This document shows, in pieces, positions 32,918 to 45,370 of a stretch of 47,164 nt of DNA (its first letter is position 1; every line of letters starts with the position of its first letter). This stretch comes from Dendrobates tinctorius. Its lineage: Eukaryota. Below the pieces are notes generated by a model that was not told the DNA's origin, ran no database searches, and worked only from the letters and a program-made list of their open reading frames with translations. The position numbers and the translations under genes were made by a program. Where the stretch lies: the NCBI RefSeq assembly GCF_039654945.1, contig NW_027361688.1, positions 930,001-977,164 of the forward strand. The letters are read 5' to 3'.

Positions 32918-35476
32918 CCTGTATAACACCCAGGTGCCACCACTACTCCTCCCGCCCTCCCGCATAATACCCAGGTGCCACCACTACTCCTCCCGTATAA
33001 TACCCAGGTGCCATCACTACTCCTCCCGCCCTCCCGTACAATACCCAGGTGCCACCACTACTCCTCCCGCCCTCCCGTACAATACCCAGGTGCCACCACT
33101 ACTCCTCCTGCCCTCCCGTACAATACCCAGGTGCCACCACTACTCCTCCCGCCCTCCCGTACAATACCCAGGTGCCACCACTACTCCTCCCGTATAATAC
33201 CCAGGTGCCATCACTACTCCTCCCGCCCTCCCGTATAATACCCAGGTGCCACTACTCGCGCCCTCCCGTATAATACCCAGGTGACACCGCTTTTTCCTCC
33301 CGTATAATACCCATGTGCCACCACTACTCCTCCCGCCCTCCCGTATAATACCCAGGTGCCACCACTACTTGCGCCCTCCCGTACAATACCCAGGTGCCAC
33401 CACTACTCCTCCTGCCCTCCCGTACAATACCCAGGTGCCACCACTACTCCTCCTGCCCTCCCGTACAATACCCAGGTGCCACCACTACTCCTCCTGCCCT
33501 CCCGTACAATACCCAGGTGCCACCACTACTCCTCCTGCCCTCCCGTACAATACCCAGGTGCCACCACTACTCCTCCTGCCCTCCCGTACAATACCCAGGT
33601 GCCACCACTACTCCTCCTGCCCTCCCGTACAATACCCAGGTGCCACCACTACTCCTCCTGCCCTCCCGTACAATACCCAGGTGCCACCACTACTCCTCCT
33701 GCCCTCCCGTACAATACCCAGGTGCCACCACTACTCCTCCTGCCCTCCCGTACAATACCCAGGTGCCACCACTACTCCTCCTGCCCTCCCGTACAATACC
33801 CAGGTGCCACCACTACTCCTCCTGCCCTCCCGTACAATACCCAGGTGCCACCACTACTCCTCCTGCCCTCCCGTACAATACCCAGGTGCCACCACTACTC
33901 CTCCTGCCCTCCCGTACAATACCCAGGTGCCACCACTACTCCTCCTGCCCTCCCGTACAATACCCAGGTGCCACCACTACTCCTCCTGCCCTCCCGTACA
34001 ATACCCAGGTGCCACCACTACTCCTCCTGCCCTCCCGTACAATACCCAGGTGCCACCACTACTCCTCCTGCCCTCCCGTACAATACCCAGGTGCCACCAC
34101 TACTCGCGCCCTCCCGTACAATACCCAGGTGCCACCACTACTCGCGCCCTCCCGTACAATACCCAGGTGCCACCACTACTCGCGCCCTCCCGTACAATAC
34201 CCAGGTGCCACCACTACTCGCGCCCTCCCGTACAATACCCAGGTGCCACCACTACTCGCGCCCTCCCGTACAATACCCAGGTGCCACCACTACTCGCGCC
34301 CTCCCGTACAATACCCAGGTGCCACCACTACTCGCGCCCTCCCGTATAATACCCAGGTGCCACCACTACTCCTCCCGTATAATACCCAGGTGCCATCACT
34401 ACTCCTCCCGCCCTCCCGTATAATACCCAGGTGCCACCACTGTTACTCCTGCCCTCCTGTATAACACAGGTGCCACCACTACTCCTCCCGCATAATAACC
34501 AGGTGCCACCACTACTCGCGCATAATACCCAGGTGCCATCACTACTCCTCCCGCCCTCCCGTACAACACCCAGGTGCCACCACTACTTGCGCCCTCGCGT
34601 ATAATACCCAGGTGCCATCACTACTCCTCCCGCCCTCCCGTATAATACCCAGGTGCCACCACTACTCCTCCCGCATAATACCCAGGTGCCACCACTACTC
34701 CTCCCGTATAATACCCAGGTGCCACCACTACTCCTCCCGCCCTCCCGTACAATACCCAGGTGCCACCACTACTCCTGCTGCCCTCCCGTACAATACCCAG
34801 GTGCCACCACTACTCCTCCCGCATAATACCCAGGTGCCACCACTACTCCTCCCGCACAATACCCAGGTGCCACCACTACTCCTCCCGCACAATACCCAGG
34901 TGCCACCACTACTCCTCCCGCACAATACCCAGGTGCCACCACTACTCCTCCCGCACAATACCCAGGTGCCACCACTGCTCCTCCCGCCCTCCCGTACAAT
35001 ACCCAGGTGCCACCACTACTCCTGCCGCCCTCCCGTACAATACCCAGGTGCCACCACTACTCCTCCCGTACAATACCCAGGTGCCACCACTACTCCTGCC
35101 GCCCTCCCGTACAATACCCAGGTGCCACCACTACTCCTCCCGTATAATACCCAGGTGCCACCACTACTCCTCCCGCACAATACCCAGGTGCCACCACTGC
35201 TCCTCCCGCCCTCCCGTACAATACCCAGGTGCCACCACTACTCCTGCCGCCCTCCCGTACAATACCCAGGTGCCACCACTACTCCTCCCGTACAATACCC
35301 AGGTGCCACCACTACTCCTGCCGCCCTCCCGTACAATACCCAGGTGCCACCACTACTCCTCCCGTATAATACCCAGGTGCCACCACTACTCCTCCCGCAC
35401 AATACCCAGGTGCCACCACTGCTCCTCCCGCCCTCCCGTACAATACCCAGGTGCCACCACTACTCCTCCCGCCCTC
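32918..35476. repeat. C-rich minisatellite with 41/38/33-bp unit variants
   Basis: CCAGGTGCCACCACTACTCCTCCTGCCCTCCCGTACAATAC, about 65-70 copies in homogeneous blocks. Confidence 0.97.
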
Positions 35477-35481
35477 TTATT

Positions 35482-35704
35482 TAGCCCATTCACTATCTCC
35501 ATCCATCCCTCAAGATGGCTGAACCATCACTGTAAATACACCCCTGTCCTCTGTATCTCCCCCACCTCACTGTAGACTGTGAGCTCTCACCAGCAGGGGC
35601 GGCTGATTGTGCTTTCATTATTGTTAACGTTGTGACTTGTGTTTTGGAACTGTTAAACTGTAAAGCGCTGCGGAATATGTTGGTGCTGTATAAACATTAT
35701 TATT
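35482..35704 (+). mobile_element. L2 3'UTR tail, same family as the intron-6 L2
   Basis: CCCATTCACTATCTCCATCCATCC...TGTAAAGCGCTGCGGAATATGTTGGTGCTG...ATTATTATT matches the reverse complement of ~18000-18270. Confidence 0.85.
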
Positions 35705-35916
35705 GTACCCCGGTGCCATCGCTGCTCCTCCCATCATCCTGGATTGTGGGTTTGGGGAGCCTCAGCAGATGACCGTGCTGTTACTCAACATAAATTACTA
35801 AATAAATGCCCTGAGCATGTGCCCACTTATAATGCCCCATGTGCCCCTTTGACGGTCACAGTACTGTGAGTGCCCCTATAACAATAATGTTTTTTAAGTG
35901 CCCACTAAACATTTAA

Positions 35917-36651
35917 AGGGAACCTGTCACCTCGTTTTTCAGCTGTAAGGTGCAGCCACCGCCTTTCAGGGCTGATATACAGAATTCTATAATGCAGGGT
36001 TCCCCAACTTCAGTCCTTAAGACCCACCAACAGGTCATGTTTTCAGGATTTCCTTAGTATTGCCCAGGTGATAATTGCTTCACCTGTACAAGGGAAATCC
36101 TGAAATCATGACCTGTTGGTGGGTCTTGAGGACTGGAATGGGTGAACCCTGCTGTAGAGAAGCCCCCGATCCGACCTGGAAGATTAGAAAAATAAGTTTT
36201 ATTATACTCACCCAGGGGCGGTCCGGTCCGATGGGTGTTGCAGGTCCGTTCCGGCGACTCCCATCTTCTTGCGATGCCGCCCTCCTGTTTCTACCTCACT
36301 CCCGGCATCGCCCTCCTGCGCAGCCGTGCTTCTCTGTCCTGTTGAGGGCAGACCAAAGTACTGCAGTGCGCAGGGCCTCTCTGACCTTTCCTGGTGTCTG
36401 CGCACTGCAGTACTTTGGTCTGCCCTCAACAGAAGTACGGCTGCGCAGGAGGGCGGGCGGGCGGACCCGGACCTGCGACACCCATCGGACTGGACCGCCC
36501 TCAGGTGAGTTAACAAAAAAAAAAACAACTTATTTTTCTTCACTTGCAGGTCGGACCAGGGGCTGATCTACAGCATTATAGAATGCTGTAGATCAGCCCT
36601 GACAGGCAGTGACCGTATCTTATAGCGGCCCAAACTGCTGACAGGTGCACT
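35917..36651. mobile_element. T2/Kolobok-type MITE, long palindrome with TTAA TSD
   Basis: TTAA|AGGGAACCTGTCA ... TGACAGGTGCACT|TTAA with extended internal inverted arms. Confidence 0.85.
35995..36151. mobile_element. Nested hAT-like MITE
   Basis: CAGGGTTCCCCAA...GACCCACCAACAGGTCATG / CATGACCTGTTGGTGGGTC...GGGTGAACCCTG; absent from the opposite arm of the host MITE. Confidence 0.75.
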
Positions 36652-36713
36652 TTAAAACTATCCCGAGTCCCATTTCCAGCTGCCCAATACACAATGTGAT
36701 GGGCCCCCCCCCA

Positions 36714-36973
36714 TAGACACGAGAAGCAATGGGATGAAACTGAAGGGGAGAAGATACAGATTAGATATTAGAAAGACTTATTGACACTGCGGATGATCAA
36801 TGAGTGGAGCAGGCTGCCACGAGAGGTGGTGAGTTCTCCTTTAATGGAGGTCTTCAAACAAAGGCTGGACAGACAGACAACTGTCTGAGAGGGTTTAGTG
36901 ACTCCTGCATTGAGCATGGGGTTGGACCAGATGACCCAGGAGGTCCCTACCAACACATTCAGGGATTCTATGA
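36714..36973 (+). mobile_element. Second CR1 3' end fragment
   Basis: Clearly similar to ~920-1168; ends GATTCTATGA. Confidence 0.88.
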
Positions 36974-37059
36974 ATATGATGCCCCACAGCTCCCCTATAC
37001 ATAGTATGATGACCCGACAACTTAACAGTATGATGCTCCTCCAAAACATTGTACAGCAG

Positions 37060-37565
37060 CCCCCACACCGTACAGCGGCCCCCTCAGCAGTCCCCACACC
37101 GTGCAGCGGCCCCCTCAGCAGTCCCCACACCGTACAGCGGCCCCCTCAGCAGTCCCCACACCGTACAGCGGCCCCCTCAGCAGTCCCCACACCGTACAGG
37201 GGCCCCCTCAGCAGTCCCCACACCGTACAGCGGCCCCCTCAGCAGTCCCCACACCGTACAGCGGCCCCCTCAGCAGTCCCCACACCGTACAGCGGCCCCC
37301 TCAGCAGTCCCCACACCGTACAGCGGCCCCCTCAGCAGTCCCCACACCGTACAGCGGCCCCCTCAGCAGTCCCCACACCGTACAGCGGCCCCCTCAGCAG
37401 TCCCCACACCGTACAGCGGCCCCCTCAGCAGTCCCCACACCGTACAGCGGCCCCCTCAGCAGTCCCCACACCGTACAGCGGCCCCCTCAGCAGTCCCCAC
37501 ACCGTACAGCGGCCCCCTCAGCAGTCCCCACACCGTACAGCGGCCCCCTCAGCAGTCCCCACCCT
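37060..37565. repeat. 31-bp minisatellite
   Basis: CAGCGGCCCCCTCAGCAGTCCCCACACCGTA x~16, nearly invariant. Confidence 0.96.
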
Positions 37566-38240
37566 GTATAATGGCTCATCCGCCTTCCCGCTCTGGACGA
37601 TCTCGGCTGTGCGCTCCTTGGCCGGGACTCTTTCTACAAGTGTCTAAAAAATTTTTTGTTGAAAAATGGATGATATCTATGAGCCGAATATAACCCGACC
37701 CATCGAGCTGTAGACAAAGTACAAACATTTCCAGTGATGGGGGAATGATAGAAAACGCCCCCTTATCAGATAAGGACAACTCTCAGATATGAGAACTGGC
37801 CCTTTAAATACCAGGACGGCTCCTATTATCGGTGCACCTGGACCGGTCGGGGTGACGGAACGCAGTGACACAGACTGAGGGCAGCCGAGAGATTAACTCA
37901 CGAGAGGAAGTGACTGACAGCGGTAATCATCTGAGGCTGGAGATCACTGTTATGATGTCACGCGACAATCATCGATGACATCATACGATCTTGTGATATT
38001 ATGGACTGAATGTACCATCACAAATACATACGAGTGCAAAAACAAAACTGCAGCTCCATCCCCCTCCTCCCCCTACATCAAGGAACTACAACGTGCGGCT
38101 CAGACGGTCAGTATCCTGTGACTGCAGCAGGAGCCTCCCCCCTCTGTAGTAGGACCTACCTGTTGATTTTTAAAGGGATTGAATATTATTGCACATATAA
38201 ACCAAAATAAATAAATCTAATATTTTTCATCCAATTAATT

Positions 38241-38246
38241 TTTATT
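38241..38246 (-). terminator. MED21 polyadenylation signal AATAAA
   Basis: tttatt on + about 440 nt past the stop codon, followed on the minus strand by a T-rich tract. Confidence 0.65.
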
Positions 38247-38669
38247 AACAAAAACCTTGTTACAAACGTCGGCAGAGATCCCGGGATCCGGTGCAGGGGG
38301 CCTCGCTGTAGAAAATCCACTCCGACCTCCCGGGCCTCATTTATCAGTGACACTGGGGCCACCTACTGGTCGTGAGTGGGAAGTACGGCGCCCGACAGAC
38401 TTTCCAGAGACGGGCGGGGGCTGTTTTCTGCCATCCTGGGCAGCAGCTTAAGGGGGTCTCCTCCCATAAAATGGTCAGAAGAAGGTTTTCTAAGCACGAG
38501 GATACCGAGACTCCCTCCGATGGCTAACACGAAGGCACAGACTCTCAGACACCATCGGTCCGGATGGACGGCAGCGCTGCTTCGCTTTAGCGATCGGCAG
38601 GGGCCGGCCTCCATCGCACACAGTGATGTCACGCGGCAGATAGTTCAGTATCTCAGTCCTGAGGCGGGA

Positions 38670-38688
38670 GAGCGCCCCCTGCTGCTAG
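38670..38688 (-). promoter_or_regulatory. Predicted CTCF site overlapping the MED21 stop codon
   Basis: CTAGCAGCAGGGGGCGCTC on the minus strand. Confidence 0.5.
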
Positions 38689-38861
38689 CTCTCAGACAGC
38701 GGCTGCATGTGGATGATGCTCCTCGTCTTCAGCTGGGACTGAGCGATGTCTGCCAGGGCCGTCTGGATCTTCTCCAGCAACATGTCCCCCCGGTACACCA
38801 CCTCCTCCAGGCGCGCGGCCGCCGCGTGGTTCTCCTCCTCCAGCTGGTACAGGCTGGCAGC
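38685..38861 (-). CDS. MED21: MED21 exon 4 coding part (TAG at 38687-38685)
   Basis: 177 nt, [12 protein letters not shown]...LSES*; TAG acceptor. Confidence 0.95.
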   Translation of the reverse strand, partial: AASLYQLEEENHAAAARLEEVVYRGDMLLEKIQTALADIAQSQLKTRSIIHMQPLSES

Positions 38862-41800
38862 CTAAAGGAAAAAGCGACAAAACAGCCTGATAATCCGGCA
38901 CCTTGTCCCCGATCTCCTGGACCCTCCGCCGGGGCCCGCAGAGCGTCTCACCTGTAGGGCCGCCGTAGACTCCTCGCTGGGTAAAGACTCGATCAGAACG
39001 TCGATATCTTTTGCGGTGCGAGCGATGAGGGCGGCGAAGAGCTGAGCATATTCTGCAAGACAGAAGAGAGGAGGATACAACATGTCTGCTGGGAGGAGGA
39101 GGACGGCGAGGACGGGTGAAACTCACCTTCCGTGGGGCTGGAGGGCTGCTCCTTATTTACAGACGTCTGGATGTTACTGAACGAGGCGGGAGGAGCGCAC
39201 TGCTGCAGCACCCCGATGGCGTTACAGAACTGGTCCGCAAGCTGCAAAACACGGCAGAAGAGTGAGCGCAGCTCTGGGGTATAACACAGGATGTAACTCA
39301 GGATCAGTAATGTAATGTATGTACACAGTGACTGCACCAGCAGAATAGTAAGTGCAGCTCTGGGGTATAATACAGGAGGAAACTCAGGATCAGTAATGTA
39401 ATGTATGTGCACAGTGACTGCACCAGCAGAATAGTGAGTGCAGCTCTGGAGTATAATACAGGATGTAACTCAGGATCAGTAATGTAATGTATGTGCACAG
39501 TGACTGCACCAGCAGAATAGTGAGTGCAGCTCTGGGGTATAATACAGGAGGTAACTCAGGATCAGTAATGTAATGTATGTACACAGTGACTGCACCAGCA
39601 GAATAGTGAGTGCAGCTCTGGGGTATAATACAGGAGGTAATTCAGGATCAGTAATGTATGTACACAGTGACTGCACCAGCAGAATAGTAAGTGCAGCTCT
39701 GGGGTATAATACAGGAGGAAACTCAGGATCAGTAATGTAATATATGTACACAGTGACTGCACCAGCAGAATAGTGAGTGCAGCTCTGGAGTATAATACAG
39801 GAGGTAACTCAGGATCAGTAATGTAATGTATGTACACAGTGACTGCACCAGCAGAATAGTGAGTGCAGCTCTGGGGTATAATACAGGAGGTAATTCAGGA
39901 TCAGTAATGTAATGTATGTACACAGTGACTGCACCAGCAGAATAGTAAGTGCAGCTCTGGGGTATAATACAGGATGTAACTCAGGATCAGTAATGTAATG
40001 TATGTACACAGTGACTGCACCAGCAGAATAGTGAGTGCAGCTCTGGAGTATAATACAGGATGTAACTCAGGATCAGTAATGTATGTACACAGTGACTGCA
40101 CCAGCAGAATAGTGAGTGCAGCTCTGGGGTATAACACAGGAGGTAACTCAGGATCAGTAATGTAATGTATGTACACAGTGACTGCACCAGCAGAATAGTG
40201 AGTGCAGCTCTGGAGTATAATACAGGATGTAACTCAGGATCAGTTATGTAATGTATGTGCACAGTGACTGCACCAGCAGAATAGTGAGTGCAGCTCTGGG
40301 GTATAATACAGGAGGTAACTCAGGATCAGTAATGTAATGTATGTACACAGTGACTGCACCAGCAGAATAGTGAGTGCAGCTCTGGGGTATAATACAGGAG
40401 GTAATTCAGGATCAGTAATGTAATGTATGTACACAGTGACTGCACCAGCAGAATAGTAAGTGCAGCTCTGGGGTATAATACAGGAGGAAACTCAGGATCA
40501 GTAATGTAATATATGTACACAGTGACTGCACCAGCAGAATAGTGAGTGCAGCTCTGGAGTATAATACAGGAGGTAACTCAGGATCAGTAATGTAATGTAT
40601 GTACACAGTGACTGCACCAGCAGAATAGTGAGTGCAGCTCTGGGGTATAATACAGGAGGTAATTCAGGATCAGTAATGTAATGTATGTACACAGTGACTG
40701 CACCAGCAGAATAGTAAGTGCAGCTCTGGGGTATAATACAGGATGTAACTCAGGATCAGTAATGTAATGTATGTACACAGTGACTGCCCCAGCAGAATAG
40801 TGAGTGCAGCTCTGGAGTATAATACAGGATGTAACTCAGGATCAGTAATGTATGTACACAGTGACTGCACCAGCAGAATAGTGAGTGCAGCTCTGGGGTA
40901 TAACACAGGAGGTAACTCAGGATCAGTAATGTAATGTATGTACACAGTGACTGCACCAGCAGAATAGTGAGTGCAGCTCTGGAGTATAATACAGGATGTA
41001 ACTCAGGATCAGTTATGTAATGTATGTACACAGTGACTGCACCAGCAGAATACTGAGTGCAGCTCTGGAGTATAATACAGGATGTAACTCAGGATCAGTA
41101 ATGTAATGTACGTACACAGTGACTGCACCAGCAGAATAGTGAGTGCAGCTCTGGGGTATAATACAGGATGTAACTCAGGGTCAGTAATGTAATGTATGTA
41201 CACAGTGACTGCACCAGCAGAATAGTGAGTGCAGCTCTGGAGTATAATACAGGAGGTAACTCAGGATCAGTAATGTATGTACACAGTGACTGCACCAGCA
41301 GAATAGTGAGTGCAGCTCTGGAGTATAATACAGGATGTAACTCAGGGTCAGTAATGTAATGTATGTACACAGTGACTGCACCAGCAGAATAGTGAGTGCA
41401 GCTCTGGAGTATAATACAGGAGGTAACTCAGGATCAGTAATGTAATGTATGTACACAGTGACTGCACCAGCAGAATAGTGAGTGCAGCTCTGGAGTATAA
41501 TACAGGATGTAACTCAGGATCAGTAATGTATGTACACAGTGACTGCACCAGCAGAATAGTGAGTGCAGCTCTGGAGTATAATACAGGATGTAACTCAGGA
41601 TCAGTAATGTAATTTATGTACACAGTGACTGCACCAGCAGAATAGTGAGTGCAGCTCTGGGGTATAATACAGGATGTAACTCAGGGTCAGTAATGTAATG
41701 TATGTACACAGTGACTGCACCAGCAGAATAGTGAGTGCAGCTCTGGAATATAATACAGGAGGTAACTCAGGATCAGTAATGTAATGTATGTACACAGTGA

Positions 41801-42452
41801 CTGCACCAGCAGAATAGTGAGTGCAGCTCTGGGGTATAATACAGGATGTAACTCAGGGTCAGTAATGTAATGTATGTACACAGTGACTGCACCAGCAGAA
41901 TAGTGAGTGCAGCTCTGGGGTATAATACAGGATGTAACTCAGGATCAGTAATGTATGTACACAGTGACTGCACCAGCAGAATAGTGAGTGCAGCTCTGGA
42001 GTATAATACAGGATGTAACTCAGGATCAGTAATGTAATTTATGTACACAGTGACTGCACCAGCAGAATAGTGAGTGCAGCTCTGGGGTATAATACAGGAT
42101 GTAACTCAGGGTCAGTAATGTAATGTATGTACACAGTGACTGCACCAGCAGAATAGTGAGTGCAGCTCTGGGGTATAATACAGGATGTAACTCAGGGTCA
42201 GTAATGTATGTACACAGTGACTGCACCAGCAGAATAGTGAGTGCAGCTCTGGAGCAGACATCACACACAGATGATACTGGTGGTCGTGCACTATCATGCA
42301 GTCACGAGGGTGTTTACATACAATCTTTCTCGCTATATCGCGGTCTCCTCGGATATACACCGCACAGCGGACGGAGCACGAGCCTCGGGCGGACACCGTG
42401 AGTCACTTACCGAGTTGAGCGCGTCCTGCAGCTGCGTCAGGCGATCCGCCAT
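38685..42452 (-). CDS. MED21: Mediator complex subunit 21, full spliced CDS span, 4 exons, 435 nt, 144 aa
   Basis: [14 protein letters not shown]|[38 protein letters not shown]|[34 protein letters not shown]|[58 protein letters not shown]; all introns GT-AG. Confidence 0.97.
38952..39052 (-). CDS. MED21: MED21 exon 3
   Basis: 101 nt, [34 protein letters not shown]; CAG/GTGAGA. Confidence 0.95.
39127..39241 (-). CDS. MED21: MED21 exon 2
   Basis: 115 nt, [10 protein letters not shown]...PSSPTE; CAG/GTGAGT. Confidence 0.95.
39254..42254. repeat. 86-bp satellite array 3, MED21 intron 1
   Basis: Same unit and orientation as arrays 1 and 2, about 35 copies, ~95% of the 3169-nt intron. Confidence 0.97.
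42411..42452 (-). CDS. MED21: MED21 exon 1 coding part
   Basis: ATG at 42452 in AAGATGGCG context; [14 protein letters not shown]; GTAAGT donor. Confidence 0.95.
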
Positions 42453-42550
42453 CTTTGACTCGGGCAAAAGCGAAACTGCGCCCACAATCACGACGTGCTC
42501 TCCTATTGGTCCGTGACTACTGGGCGTGACACGTACGGTCGACGTAAATT
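42444..42550 (-). promoter_or_regulatory. MED21 CpG-rich promoter/5'UTR
   Basis: CpG-dense; YY1-type AAGATGGCGG over the start codon, CCAAT box (~42506-42510), CRE-like half sites. Confidence 0.65.
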
Positions 42551-42795
42551 TTTTTCTATTCACCGATTTTTTTTTTTTCTGTATTTACTTTATTGACATC
42601 ACTCACAACGAACACTTGCGCTGTAGTGACAATGAACCTGTGTAATTCCAGGAGTCGTCTCTGTCTCTGAGGCTCAGGAATGATTTGTCTCTGACATTAA
42701 ATAAAAACAGATCACCTGTAAATTAAAAGCTCAATACAGCAGTGAGCTGCGCTGTACATGGGGCAAGTACACTAGGGGAAGGTTAAGACAAACCG

Positions 42796-42828
42796 TGCAG
42801 TTCCACCACTAACCTCCAGGTGTCGCAC
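42796..42828 (+). promoter_or_regulatory. Predicted bipartite CTCF site upstream of MED21
   Basis: TGCAGTTCC + 5 nt + TAACCTCCAGGTGTCGCAC (upstream module plus core at canonical spacing). Confidence 0.5.
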
Positions 42829-43899
42829 TTGATTCTTTGTGTCCAGAGATTTAACCCCTTCCTGGTGATTTTTTAAAATTTTTTCCTCCCTTATTTTTTA
42901 CATTTCCCTTCCCCATGTCCACACAAGCATTTTATTTTATTTTTTTTTTTTTAATCGAGTTGTGGTTTCCAACGACACCATATAGTGAAAAAATGGGGAG
43001 AAAAAAACTCCAAGTTAGATGAAGCGGTTAAAAAAAAATATCTATAGGGTTTTGTTTTAGCAGTAATCATTGTATGGTAAAAACGAGCCCATCATATAAT
43101 TCTCGGGGTCAGTACGATGACGGTGATACCAAACTTCAATAGATTTTATTGGCTTAAAATAGGAAAAAACAATTCAGAACTTTTTACATAAAGTTTTTTT
43201 TTTAGTCTGTGTCGCCATTTTCTGAGACCTGTAACGTTTTAATCTTCTGTTGATGGAGCTGTTTGTGGGCTCGGGGGTTTTTATTGCATGTAGTTTTCGT
43301 GGCTGGGCGCTGACGGGGGTCTTCGTCACACACCTTGTTGTCATGGCAATCCATCTGCGCACAAAAAAATCCTTTCTCAAGAATAAATGACGGCAGCAGC
43401 AATCAGATCCAATAATGACTACAATTATTGGTTTTTTTTCTTGTACATGAGGAAAAAATGGACTCTATGGATGCGATTTTCATCCGTTTTTGATCCGAGT
43501 GCCCATTTTTACCATTACTGTGAAAAATGGACGCCTGTATGAGGCCTCAGTCACAGACCGAGTCTGAAATGTAAGGGGATCAGCCATATTTCTTCACTAT
43601 AGCCCCTTTAGGGCCCCCCAATAGCAGCGATCTGAAGACCGCCATTATACAGGAGGGTTGTCGGTAATTTGCCAGGACTGTTTCCATAAATTCTGCAGTG
43701 TCTCGCTCAATTTGGGGCTTTTATTATCTAGGCCCATTGTTGTACTGGATAGAGACCTGCAGACGCAATGGTTGGGATATATATTATTATGTTTTTATAT
43801 AGCACCACTGACATATAATATATATGTCTCTATCACTGTCTCTGTTCTCCAGTTAGTCCGTAAGTCCTCAGCGCCCGGGATCGGCACAGTCGGATCAAT

Positions 43900-44650
43900 C
43901 AGAAGGAAGAAAAAGGTGTAGAAATCAGCCTTCAAGAATAAACCAGCCTCGTTGCCCTTAGCAACCAATCAGAGCTCAGCTTTCAGTCTCCCACAGCACT
44001 GTGAGGAATGAAAGCTGCGCTCTGATTGGTTGCCATGGACAACGAGGCCTGCTTTACCTTTCTGATAAATGAAGCCTACATACACACAATTCTTTTGGGT
44101 CGTTTTTTTTTTTAATTTTTTTGATTCTGCAGCCTTGTGTAGACATAATCTATGTACATCTAAGAGGGACTTGTTCCATGACAGTCCAAAGTCAAACACG
44201 AAGAACCTGTCTTTCTGAAACCTAAAGGGCTGCATTAAATCCAACGTATATTTCCAGTAAAAAAAAATAGTGTCTCCTCTCTCCAGCTCCCTGATAGGTC
44301 TGTCCATACGTCTGCAGCGTGCGGGAAGCAGAGACGGATGAATCACAAGGAAGAAGTGGTAGAAATCGGTCATCAAGAAGAAACAGGCCTTATTGCCCTT
44401 AGCAACCAATCAGAGCTCAGCTTTCATTCTCCCACAGCACTGTGAGGAATGAAAGCTGCGCTCTGATTGGTTGCTAAGGACAACGAGGCCTGCTTTAAAT
44501 TTCTGATAAAATGGATCCTAACTACACGCAATTCGTTGGGGTCTTTTTATTATGTGTACATCTCCGGCGAATGATCCATGACAATGCAACGCAAAACACG
44601 CACAACCCGTCTGGCGGCATTGAATCCAACGTGTATTTCCAGTTTTAGCA
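43900..44650. repeat. Diverged ~441-bp direct duplication, each copy carrying a CCAAT/X-box hairpin MITE
   Basis: GCAACCAATCAGAGCTCAGCTTTCA...TGAAAGCTGCGCTCTGATTGGTTGC at 43961 and 44402, with matching flanks. Confidence 0.8.
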
Positions 44651-45370
44651 CCATTGTCATTCAGTGGGCTGATTTTAGGCCTTGAAAGTACTTTTAATTC
44701 CTCTGTAGATTCACTGGAGGGGGTCCTCATAGTTTACCTGATAGAATCTGTACAGGAGATAAGGAGCTGCCAAACAGACGCTTATCTCCGCCATTAAACA
44801 TGATCACTGGTTATGTCATCCATATAGAGATGGAGAGAATAATGGCCGCCCTCTGCATTGTAGGGATTGCCGCTCCCCAGATACTGAGTAACGGGATCTC
44901 TGATTTGCATGTCCATTGGTCTTGGAGGCGGGGGTCCGCTTACTCCCCTCCAGCGCTTGTTTACAGGAACGCCTGTCTATCTGGATGTAGAGGAGGCGCA
45001 ATTCTGATACTAAAACCATTGATCCTGATCCAATGATCCCAAAATTCTTGGGTGGTCTCGTAAAGTAGATGTGCGGCCGACATGAAAGGAAATTGTACGG
45101 GGACCCGATGAATGTCCAAATGATCGATTCTTGAAACCTTCCCGGTAATCGAAGAATAACGAGCGCAAACGGACCGGCTACAGTGTTGGATGGCGGAAAA
45201 AGGGGAATCGACAGCATTGGCCATTCTTTGGCCACCACTTCCGACTCAAAAATGCAATGAAACCCGCCAAAACATTATACCGACCCCGCAATGGTGTAAA
45301 GAACCATCAGCTCGCCGCGCGATAAACGGCCGACACGGCTGCATCGACAGAAGAGTCAAAAAAGTGACCT

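Noticed and set aside
33315-35575. Pro-rich 270-356 aa ORFs (extensin/mucin-like)
   Set aside because: All three frames are open because of the repeat; no splice or promoter context
37060-37565. CTCF-like motifs in the 31-, 41-, 37- and 21-bp arrays
   Set aside because: Only partial resemblance (e.g. TGAGGGGGCCG, CCCAGGTGCCAC), expected by chance in GC-rich units
39254-42254. Identity with the Xenopus 86-bp Xstir repeat
   Set aside because: Unit length coincides, but sequence homology cannot be shown without an alignment
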